This document shows positions 15,101-25,651 of a stretch of DNA of 64,000 bases, piece after piece. A program made the position numbers and the translations under genes. The notes below the pieces were generated by a model, which saw only the letters and a list, made by a program, of their open reading frames with translations, was not told the DNA's origin and ran no database searches. Within the stretch, counting starts at the first letter, position 1, and every line of letters starts with the position of its first letter. Where the stretch lies: contig OZ286461.1 of assembly GCA_965644265.1 (NCBI GenBank), positions 48,236,001 to 48,300,000 on the forward strand. The letters run 5' to 3'. This DNA is from Glycera tridactyla (lineage: Eukaryota).

Positions 15101-15799
15101 TTGCTCGGAGGCTATTTCTTGTCATGCCATGCTAAGGTTACTGGCCCTTCCTCCAAGACATAATCTTGTCATCTTGTCTAGTTTTTCACCAGTCAATGTC
15201 TCAGACTCTGAGGAGTGATCAGTCTGATTGGCCGCCATTCAAAGTAATGACATTCATAATTGAATTATACCAATATTGAATAAAATCTGATCCACAGTTG
15301 CACAGGAATTATTTGGATTACAGAGAAGAGGTTCTGACATGAGGTCTATGTTTTAACTCAAACCACCGGCAAATGGGTCAAGGACATTTGATTGGCTGGA
15401 AGCCTGTGGTACTTACTACCTGTAAACCTTCGGATTCAGGTGATACAAGCTGATAAGTGGGCCTAGGACCTAAATAAATTGTCCTATGATCTCCACTGAA
15501 GCTCGTGTAAGTAGGTGATAACACTTGAACCTGTTGACATGGTTTATCACAACCTACAGTAAACAAGCATCACCCATATCTTCTGAGCTCAATATATGCA
15601 TGATTGGATTTATGACCATCAACAAGGCCACAGAGGGGCAATATACCCCGCACACGGGAGCATAGTGGGTAACCCATATCGCACACTGGAGCACAGTGGG
15701 TAACCCATATCGGAAAAGGTCATTGAGATGTTTGGTTGGCTATGTAATAAGTCACTGGATCACTGTGTAGAATAAGAAAATCTAATACATAGGTAGTAG

Positions 15800-17420
15800 C
15801 ACCTAAAACCTTCACCTTGACCTATGACTTAGGGTCACATGCATTGTAAGGGAGATGTTGTAACATTGCTTGATCATCCCAGATCAGTTTGATCTTCATC
15901 CAACAATGCTAGCCTGAGTTATTGTGTGAGATGCGGAAATTTAAAAATAGCTCCTATGGCCTTGACCTTTGACGCAGGGTCACATGCATCAAATGGGAGA
16001 TATCTCACCATTGGGTCTTTACGTTGTGAAACTTCGGTGCATATCGATCAATGCAAGCTTGAGCTGGAGTGTGAAATGAGAAAATTTATGAATAGTTCCT
16101 GTGACCTTGACCTTTGACCTAGGATCAAATGCATCGCAAAGGAGGTGGCATACCATTAGGTCATTACTTTGTGTAAGATTGGTGCATATCCATCGGAGCT
16201 CTCTTGAGTTAGAGTGCAAGTGGGAGAATATATAAATAGCTCCTGTGACCTTGACCTTTGACCTGGGGTCACATGCATCGCAAAGGGAGGTGGCCTACCA
16301 TTAGGTCATTACTTTGTGTAGGATTGGTGCATATCCATCAAAGCTCGCTTGAGTTAGACGGTGAAATGGGAAAATCTATAAATAGCTCCTGTGACCTTGA
16401 CCTTCGACCTGGGGTCACATGCATCGGAAGGGAGGTGGCCTACCATTAGGTCATTACTTTGTGTAAGTTTGATGCATATCCATCTCGCTTGAGTTAAGAG
16501 TGTGAAATGGGAAAATTTATAAATAGTTCCTGTGACCTTGAATTTTGACGTGGGGTCACATGCATCGAAAGGGAGGTGGCCTACCATCAAGTCATTACAT
16601 TGTGAAAGTTTGGTACATATCCATCAAAGCTCGCTTGAGTTAGAGAGTAAAATGGGGAAATCTATAAATAGCTCCTGTGACCTTGACCTTTGACCTGGGG
16701 TCACATGCATCGAAACTGAGGTGGCCTACCATTAGGTCATTACTTTGCGTAAGTTTGGTGCATATTCATCGAAGCTCGCTTGAGTTAGAGTGTGAAATGG
16801 GAAATTCTATAAATAGCTCCTGTGACCTTGACCTTTGACCTGGGGTCACATGCATCGAAAGGGAGGTAGCCTACCATGAGGTCATTACGTTGTGTAAGTT
16901 GGGTGCATATCCATCAAAGCTCGCTTGAGTTAGAGTGTAAAATGGGAAAAATTATAAATAGCTCCTGTGACCTTGACCTTCGACCTGGGGTCACATGCAT
17001 CGAAAGGGAGGTGGCCTACCATCAGGTCATTACTTTGTGTGAGTTTGGTTCATATCCATCGAAACACTTGAGTTAGAGTGTAAAATGAGGAAATCTATAA
17101 ATAGCTCCTGTGACCTTGACCTTTGACCTAGGGTCACACGCATCAAAAGAGATGTGGCCTACCATTAGGTTATTACTTTGCGTGAGTTTGGTGCATATCC
17201 ATTGAGGGTAACTTGAGTTAGAGTGTAAAATGGGAAAATCTATAAATAGCTCCTGTGACCTTGACCTTTGACCTAGGGTCACACGCATCGAAAGGGAGGT
17301 GGCCCAACATTGGGTCATTACTTTGTGTAAGTTTGGTGCATATCCATTTAGGCTAACTTGAGTTAGAGTGTAAAATAAGAAAATCTATAAATAGCTCCTG
17401 TGACCTTGACCTTTGACCTT
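15800..17420. repeat. Tandem array of ~145-bp units (10 full units plus partial/diverged ends) inside the HINE
   Basis: The anchor atag(c/t)tcct recurs at 15947, 16092, 16236, 16382, 16523, 16668, 16813, 16958, 17101, 17246 and 17391 (spacing 141-146, mostly 145). A more diverged unit begins near 15800. Confidence 0.95.
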
Positions 17421-17526
17421 TGGGTATGAAAATCAAATTCTCGAATACGATTTTTTCATAGATCACAGTTATGAAGTTTTATGAAAATTGGACCAGCCAA
17501 TCCAAAGTTATTGCATGAAATGTGAG

Positions 17527-17600
17527 CGGACGGACGGACGGACGGACGTACGTACGTACGTACGTACGTACGTACGTACGTACGTACGTACGTACGGACG
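17527..17600. repeat. (ACGG)n-(ACGT)12 compound microsatellite of the HINE
   Basis: Read directly: ggacggacgg… then acgt x12 (17546-17593), then acggacg. Confidence 0.95.
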
Positions 17601-18137
17601 CCGGAGGTGAAACTATAATACACCGCTTTTTTCAAAAGCGGGGTATAAAAACTGACATGTGAATTGGCTAACACAGGTCGTGTACCTACCCTCTCAAATC
17701 TCAATCCACCCACATGGTCTGATATCAACTACTGTGCGACCTGCACCAAGTGACCACACTGAATGACAGCGAATACTTGTTTCACCAAACAGGTGATCTC
17801 TCCTCAGAGATAAACTACATCAATTAGAAAAGGGGCACCCACAAAATTATTGGTCTCCTAAAAAGGCTAGTCTCTTATGTTGGGCCTCATTTCAAAGGTT
17901 CCACCAGATTTCATCAATGTATTGGGAGTTTGAGGTAAATTCAGGTTCAGCTGTTTCATTTGAGATGCAACATGCACATTGCAATTCATGCAATAGTGAG
18001 CTCATACTTTTCCAACATTAGACACCCTCACATTAAAATCCTTCCACCTTTAAGTAACTGTTTGGAAAAGCAGAAGTGAAACATTGATGTGAAGACCAGC
18101 AATGATGGAACTAGAAAATTGGAAAATATCAACTTAC

Positions 18138-18272
18138 GAAGCATTCAGCAGCATCGTCCATATGTCCAAGCTGGAAGCGCTGTTGATTCGCGAACGTCTT
18201 GGCAAGTGCTTGGCGAAGTGAGTCGGGCGGAAGCGCTGATCGGTCACTGTATTGGAACTGTGTGAAGATAAC
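18138..18272 (-). CDS. USP54: Next internal coding exon of the USP53/USP54-family protease (…[13 protein letters not shown] motif)
   Basis: 135 nt, phase 0/0. Acceptor aattttccttatgttgtag|GTT, donor TTC|gtaagt. Translates [45 protein letters not shown], similar to human USP54 GIFNQFQ…[24 protein letters not shown] (from memory). Continues in frame directly from CALK of the 38518-38613 exon. Confidence 0.96.
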
Positions 18273-18559
18273 CTACAACATAAGGAAAATTCTTGTTTTA
18301 GTAATTTGTTTTCCCCCTCTTCCTACTCACACAATTCTGTGTCCACTGTGATCATCTGAGAATATAATCATTATAAGTTGGCAAATCTTAATAATTGTCA
18401 TAATCAATCTGTGAAAGATATGATTACCTTCTTATCCATCATAATGATAAATACTACACCATAAATGTAGTTATGAACTCTGCAAGCATTTTGAAGCAAT
18501 CCTTACCACACAAAGCTGGTGAAAGTGTGAGATTCAACAACATATCCACAGAGAAGATA

Positions 18560-19420
18560 TCCTCACATACCGTAAATGACGTAATAATCGCCCATGCTTC
18601 AATAAACGCCCCCCCCCCCCCCAATTTGAGATGATTCCTAGTCACGGGAAAGTTCCTTTTAATCGCCCAGTCTGCGGATTGCGAATATCGACAATGGTCA
18701 TCAAAGAAGAAGACAGTTCAAACATGGAGAGAGGCCAATTGATACCACGATCGATCAGTTTCATCAATTGCAATTAGCGACGAGCCCAGCGATAGAACAA
18801 AGGAAACCGTGTTGACAGCTCATAGAGAAGTCAATTCACGCCTCACTCCGGCTATTGTTACATCGTTCGCGCTTCATACTTCAATGATTCATCGTGTACA
18901 TCCATGATAATATGGTTCGCGACAATAAAACCATGTGTCAATGCCGAAAAAGCATGTATTTCGTGATAAAAACAAAAAGTTGGCTTCTTAAATAGCGTTC
19001 CGCGCCATTTTTGTGTCTAGTCAGGAGGTCACGAGATGATGCTGATCATGTGACCTGGTCCGGTTCAAAATGGCGGCGCACTCGAATCGTTATATCTTGT
19101 CACTTGTTCCCATCATGTTCATGGCGAAAAATTCGGGATTTTTGCGAGAAACAATCATCAAACATTCTAGTAGTCATTTATCATGCAATTTGTACCATTT
19201 ATTGACTCACGGCTGTACTGTAGGCATTCAGAGAGCGATCGGGATCAGCGAAAAACACAGCGTCAGTCTACACCCGGTAAGGCAGCTATCCCTAATAATC
19301 GCCCACCCCCCGTCTCCACTCAGTGATGATCCTAATAAGCGCCCAGGGCAATTATTACGTCATTTACGGTATGCTGACTATTTATTCCAAGTACCTTGGT
19401 ATCTTGAATGATTGTGCCAC
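18560..19420. promoter_or_regulatory. CpG-rich island with divergent YY1-type motifs; candidate internal/bidirectional promoter
   Basis: CpG density is by eye several-fold above the surrounding intron, with no recognisable TE. CGCCATTTTT at 19003-19012 and CAAAATGGCGGCG at 19066-19078 point away from each other. Confidence 0.5.
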
Positions 19421-22332
19421 TCAAACAAAAACCCTTTTTCTATCTTCAAAACCACTGATCAATCGGATCATCTCCATAACAACCATTACCAATCAGGGAA
19501 TGGTAATGAGAGAAGGCAGGTTGAAGTCAGAACTCTAACCAAAAGAGGTCAAAGGTCAGTCATTATAGGATGGAATCTCATATGGATGCAGGTGGACAGA
19601 AGATGGACATCAAGATATACAGGTGTGAGTTCTATAGATTCATCTGATCTCAATTGACAACCACTCTTTACAATCAATGGGATGAAATGTAACACCCTCA
19701 TCCTTGTTCAGAAGCATCAATCCAGAGAAGCAAGGTCAGCGAATACAGAGCAGAGGTCACAGGCCACACATTGGGTGACACTTGAAAGGTACTGCATAGA
19801 TGGCTCCACTTTCACAAGATGGCCAACCCAGGTTTTGATTTAGTCTCATTTTTGTCCTATTCCCCTTCTTCAACTCTCGAATCTGATCAAATTTTATCTG
19901 CCTTCATCCCACTTCAAACGTTGAAAGTCTTGATTGGATTAGGTGAGGATTGAAAGCTTATTAATGTAAAACGGATACTTTCAAATTATTCTTCATCCTT
20001 TCAGAACTGATTCAGAATTGATACAGAGGATCCAACTTTCAACAGTTATATTTCATCATCAAGAAATTTGAAATAATGTAACTCAATATTGGCTTTTTGC
20101 TTTAATAACCATGTTTGTCAAACTTCTGCTGTGATATACCAGGTAGATACACTTTCCAGACTATATTATCACCTGGAATGAATCGAGCTCATCGATATCA
20201 AAAATGTCCTGTCCATAGCAAGCACATGTCTTCACTGGGCCAAATTTTATGGAATTTAGGAGTGCCTGCTCATCACAGGTCCAACTGAGTTTACCTCACC
20301 CCATGCCTATTTCTTATTCAGAAATATGTGGTTGCTTTGAGTATGAACAATTTCAGGGAGGAAAAAGTTCTTATCAGCATCTTTTGACAAATTTGAGATG
20401 GTTGAAATATGAGCACTACTACTCTCAACCTGGGTAAATCTACACCCAAATTGAATTTTAAGAGTTATCAAGTATCTTGCATTGAAGCAGGGTTGAGAAT
20501 AAATTCTCCTTGGTAGGGAAGAGACAAAGGCTTCTAAAATTGCAGAAGTGTTGCATAAAAGACACCACAATGGGACTGAAAGGGAATGTTGATCAATTTA
20601 CCACATCAAAGAGAACTCAATTTGAGCACCGATAGAATATATAGTAAAAAGACTGCTAGAGAAAGAAGAGTTTTAATGGCGGGCATTCATAATTGAAAAC
20701 ATTTGTTCAAGATACCACAATCTAAAGTGACGCCAGGGTATGAGATATAAATCTTAGACCCCAAATTAAATGGTCGGGTATGAAGTGAATGGTTCCTCAT
20801 AAAAGGGCATAGGCTACAGTAATAATAACTGCACCAGACAAAGCAGATGGATGCACATACTTTAGGAATCAGGAAATATTCCAGCTAAAATTAAACATAA
20901 GGAAATGTAGTTGTACTGTAGCACAAACATGGTTTTAGTTCACAATACCCAGTAAGACTATCAACAAACCAGATTTTCTTTTGGCAAGAATGGACAAATT
21001 TGTGAAAACTTCATTTATTACTCAAAATTTCTACTTGCATGAGCATAACAAAATTAGATGACTAGCTAGAATTTGACAGTATTTAGTCAAGAGTGGGTTT
21101 AGCAAATAGATTACATACTATTTTTGATCCCAAATCAATCACCTCATTCTAGTTGAGAAGCTCTCAAAACTTTGGTAGAATTCACTGACTGTCATATCTA
21201 TTTTGTGGAGAATTGGATATATGTTAGTGATAGCAAGTGTATGTACAAAGAAAAAACCTGGAATAGTAACTTATAACCAAGGATCCATTATTATCATTTC
21301 CAAGGTTGTTTAGGTATCACAGACCAGTACTCTATCTATGTTTTCCTCACACCACATGGCATGTAAGGTGAACTCTAAATGTTTGTTGAGAAGTCGTGGG
21401 GTGTTTTGACAAGAAATATCTGAGCACATGTGTAGATGCCAAAGTGGGTGGATCTCTCAGTGTTCAGGCCGGCAAGTATATCTGAATATGGAATTAGCAC
21501 AAAGCGATTCCCACTTGGAGGCAACCTGGCATATGCATCAGCCTCTAGGGTAGATTTCAGAAGGTCCCTGAGCCACACACAAACTGGAGCTGGACATAGG
21601 TAGACCTTTCAATGGAGACCTTTTTTGTGCAACATTTAAACCAATGCTGCTTTAGTGACATTGGGTGGGCAGGTGAACTTCGATTAAACCTTCCCAGCTA
21701 TCTACCCAGTCTTTTTAAAACAATTTTTATGATAATTTCCCACCAAAACAACCGGTCAGTGAAAATTGAATTTGGCTCATTAACCAGTTAAACCTGGAAA
21801 AACAACAATCAATGATTACTTGACAGTAATTTGTAAGTATGTCATCAAGATATACCCATGCGAGTAATGTATTGTCTCAGAGATGAATTTTTGTTCACTG
21901 TACTAGATCACATAGGATCACACATTTTGGCAAGAATTATGGATAATAAGCAGAAGAAAATCTGGGAGACTAATCTTTCTTCAAAGCGGACAGACTATAG
22001 CAATGTATATATGTGGTGGAGCTTGACAGCTTTACATCTGACAAGGTTGTTTTGATGTGGAAGTCATTTAACCAGGTGCCGAGATAGTCTATCACCATGC
22101 AATGACAAGCTAATGCAAAACAGGGCCAGAACCTGTGAAGGACCTCGGATGAACTGCCGCTATACCTCACAACCCTGGCATATACACCACATATATCAAT
22201 GATAAGAAGACAATGGTACCACTCTGTGGACATCTTGGAATTTGGATAACAGAGATAGAGGTGGGGAGAGGGAAAGGGAAAGGGAAAGAGTGAAGGAAGG
22301 AAGCGACGGGGAGAACCAGATAGATGGAAAGG

Positions 22333-22411
22333 TGGATGGATGGATAGATGGATGGATGGATGGATGGATGGATGGATGGATGGATGGATGGATGGATGGA
22401 TGGATGGATGG
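22333..22411. repeat. (GGAT)n microsatellite within a purine-rich block (~22250-22545)
   Basis: Read directly. Confidence 0.95.
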
Positions 22412-22997
22412 AGAGAAATAAATGGAGGGGAAGACACCGTAGAGAGGAGGGGGAGTGAGAGAGAGGAAGAGGGGAGACAGGAAGGAAGGGGAGAGGGAGC
22501 CAGAGAGAGAAAGGACATCTTCAGCCCCCCCCCCCCCTCCCCCCTTATACACAAATACAACCACAAAACATTTGAGCACCAGAACAGAAGCAGGATTAAA
22601 AAGAGGTGAAGACAGATTGTCCAATAAATCATGCTAGCTGGTGAATGTGTAATCATCAATACAAGCACGTAACATGTTCCACCAAGGAAACTTTTTCAGA
22701 AGCAGAACAATAATGACATTGTGTCTGGTCCCTCGTTGGTGGCAGGTGCTGCTGCCACATCTGATAAGTTACACTATTACCCAACCCTTAAGTAAGAATG
22801 CACAACACGAAAATACAAGCAACAGCAGGTGATTGCCATTTGATAAGAAGAACCTGTAGGGACATAATTATGAAGCTGACAGGGGGGCATTTCAATGTCG
22901 CAAAATGGCATACAAGAAGTTTTCGATATACAATGAAGTAAACAGAGTTTTCACGTGGAATCTGTGCAACTGAGAGATTATGAAATATGTGTTGAAC

Positions 22998-23161
22998 NNN
23001 NNNNNNNNNNNNNNNNNNNNNNNNNNNNNNNNNNNNNNNNNNNNNNNNNNNNNNNNNNNNNNNNNNNNNNNNNNNNNNNNNNNNNNNNNNNNNNNNNNNN
23101 NNNNNNNNNNNNNNNNNNNNNNNNNNNNNNNNNNNNNNNNNNNNNNNNNNNNNNNNNNNNN
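22998..23161. other. Assembly gap (164 N)
   Basis: N run. Confidence 1.
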
Positions 23162-24247
23162 GAACAAGTTAGCAGTCAACTACAGAAAGGAACCAGACAA
23201 GAGCCACGTTTCAATAAAAAATGTCAATGTTTAATAATCAATGGCTCTAATTGCCGAGGTGTATTGATGCTCCAGTGTTGATGGAGGGTGGCAACAACAG
23301 GCATGACAACTTCCGAAGCTTGCTCCACTTCCCTCAGTGATTTACGCGCCACTGAAAACCCCAATCATCCTCGATACTACTCAATCTAGTTCTCGATACT
23401 ACTCAATTTAATTCATACTATAGACCTACATGTATAGACCTACAGAGGATGCATTTTCCCATGCAATATCAGTTTATAGATCATGTGATTGAGTGATTAA
23501 GGACCATATCATAGTCCAACATTGATCAGTAGAGTTTGAATGTTGCCTTTATTGCCTCAGTGATAGATTTTCGACTTTGCTTTCATAAACCGAGCATTTT
23601 CCAGATGGTAAAATGATACTTTGAGAAGAAAGGCAGTCGACACACGTCTGTCTTGAAACATGGCAACTGGCCAAACATGTCAGAAGCTCCAGCACCTACA
23701 TGAAAGGGATATCAATATTCATCTACCTATGCACCTGTCATGTGATCATGTCATGTGATAAGCATGAGTTTCGACCTCAAACATTCAGCAGTGGGGTCTG
23801 ACTTCAACACTTTCAAAAATACAGCTGCCAAAATAGCAAGTCTAGACTATGCTTGACACATTTCTATAAACCTCAAAGTGTTATATGAAGAATGAGCCTG
23901 ATCTAATACACATGGTATACAAGGCATCATATATATGAGACAATACAGGTTTAGTTTAATATGAAATAGACAATGATTGTTATTTCCTGCTGTTTGAGAC
24001 ATGATATACGAATAGCACATGTATTAGGTTACCAGGTAGTCAAATCCGTTCACAAAGACCAAACTTGGTTACACGAAAAGTGGCCTTTCTAGACAGGCAG
24101 GATTTCATGTGTGAAACGGTATCACAGTCATTGCTTGAGGTGGTTTTTGTAGGCAGGTGGCCTTTGTACTGAGGTGGTCTCTCATGCAGGATAGGCAGTA
24201 TCACATGGGTGAATTTGTCAAGAATCTCATGAGTAACTCAAGAGATA

Positions 24248-24419
24248 CAGTAGAACCTGCAACAATAGGCCCCTTGCCAAGAGACCACCTGTCTTAGAAG
24301 ACTGGTTTTTTATGATACATCCTCATTTGACTTAATCAAAAACATCCATGATGAGACCACCTCTCGGTGCGACCAGATTTGAGGATATTGAAGGTGGTCT
24401 CTTCTCACAGGTTTCACTG
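24248..24419. mobile_element. CAGT…ACTG MITE, 172 bp
   Basis: TA|CAGTAGAACCTG…CAGGTTTCACTG|TA with GAGACCACCT/AGGTGGTCTC subterminal motifs. Confidence 0.8.
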
Positions 24420-24706
24420 TAAAATATATCCATCAATATTACTAAATCTGAGGGAGGAGTTTCTATCACTGCACTGAATCTCAGGGAAGGAGTGAATGTT
24501 GTGTTAGTTCTTATCATGATCCACTAGATGGCAGACTTGTTCAAGCAAGCTGATGTGCCATCTGTCAGCAGGCTAAGTGCCACCTAGTGTGATTAGTGTC
24601 AGACTCAGCTCCTTGATCCCCACATGAGCAATCCCAGGCACACACACACAGGGCTTGCCTTACTGATTGATGAGTGACATACCAGGGATGGTTGGGGGGG
24701 GGGGGA

Positions 24707-24745
24707 GGATGGATGGATGGGTGGATGGATGGATGGACGGACAGC
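24707..24745. repeat. (GGAT/GGAC)n microsatellite after a G tract
   Basis: Read directly; lies just before an assembly gap. Confidence 0.85.
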
Positions 24746-24766
24746 CAGATAGACAGGCAGTCCTAT

Positions 24767-24966
24767 NNNNNNNNNNNNNNNNNNNNNNNNNNNNNNNNNN
24801 NNNNNNNNNNNNNNNNNNNNNNNNNNNNNNNNNNNNNNNNNNNNNNNNNNNNNNNNNNNNNNNNNNNNNNNNNNNNNNNNNNNNNNNNNNNNNNNNNNNN
24901 NNNNNNNNNNNNNNNNNNNNNNNNNNNNNNNNNNNNNNNNNNNNNNNNNNNNNNNNNNNNNNNNNN
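24767..24966. other. Assembly gap (200 N)
   Basis: N run. Confidence 1.
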
Positions 24967-25456
24967 CTGGTTGCACAAGAACATTCACTTTAATATACAA
25001 CCAATAATATGTGCATGTACAATTATAACTGAAACCACATAAGTCATTTTGTGGTACCATCTTACATGGAAACACCTGTCAGTACCAAATTTATTTTTGA
25101 TGATGAATGCCACCATGACAATTGTGAGCAGGTGAAAAGACTTGGCTCATGTTTGATCAATCAGAAAACATTCGCCGATTGTTCATCATTATTTACTTCT
25201 TCTCAATACCTCCAACCCTCTTAAAACCCTTCAGACAATAGTACTGCATTGGGATTAGCTGAATAAATAACTATCAGGGGAGTTTTATCTGTTTACCAAA
25301 CAAATAGTTCTAACTCCTTAGTGCCCCCTCCCAATACACATCTTACATACCATATACCCCCACTTGGAACCCCACTCAAAGCAAACCCTATCCAACCACT
25401 ATTAGGAGTATCTAAGTTAAGAACATGAGTCAATACAACACCTGTCTAACTCAAAC

Positions 25457-25651
25457 NNNNNNNNNNNNNNNNNNNNNNNNNNNNNNNNNNNNNNNNNNNN
25501 NNNNNNNNNNNNNNNNNNNNNNNNNNNNNNNNNNNNNNNNNNNNNNNNNNNNNNNNNNNNNNNNNNNNNNNNNNNNNNNNNNNNNNNNNNNNNNNNNNNN
25601 NNNNNNNNNNNNNNNNNNNNNNNNNNNNNNNNNNNNNNNNNNNNNNNNNNN
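25457..25651. other. Assembly gap (195 N)
   Basis: N run. Confidence 1.

Larger units (their letters stand above)
15621..17651 (-). mobile_element. Non-autonomous Helentron-associated element (HINE / DINE-1 / pearl-like) with internal tandem array
   Basis: On the minus strand it starts TTTTTATACCCCGC, followed by hairpin CCGCTTTT..AAAAGCGG and a (GTAC)n/(GTCC)n microsatellite, then a central tandem array. The inverted subterminal copy GCGGGGTATA is at 15642-15651 and the element ends CTTGTT. No TSD. This modular layout matches described Helentron-derived HINEs. Confidence 0.8.

Noticed and set aside
15800-17420. CRISPR-like array
   Set aside because: Units are full-length tandem copies with no unique spacers; eukaryotic context with no cas genes.
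18331-18355. Possible microexon (ctcag|ATG…TTGT|gtgagt) just upstream of exon 18272
   Set aside because: 25 nt would shift the frame, and the implied intron is only 58 nt.
22998-25651. Missing constitutive USP54 exon hidden in the three N gaps
   Set aside because: CALK|VIFTQF is contiguous with the known protein, so none is required.
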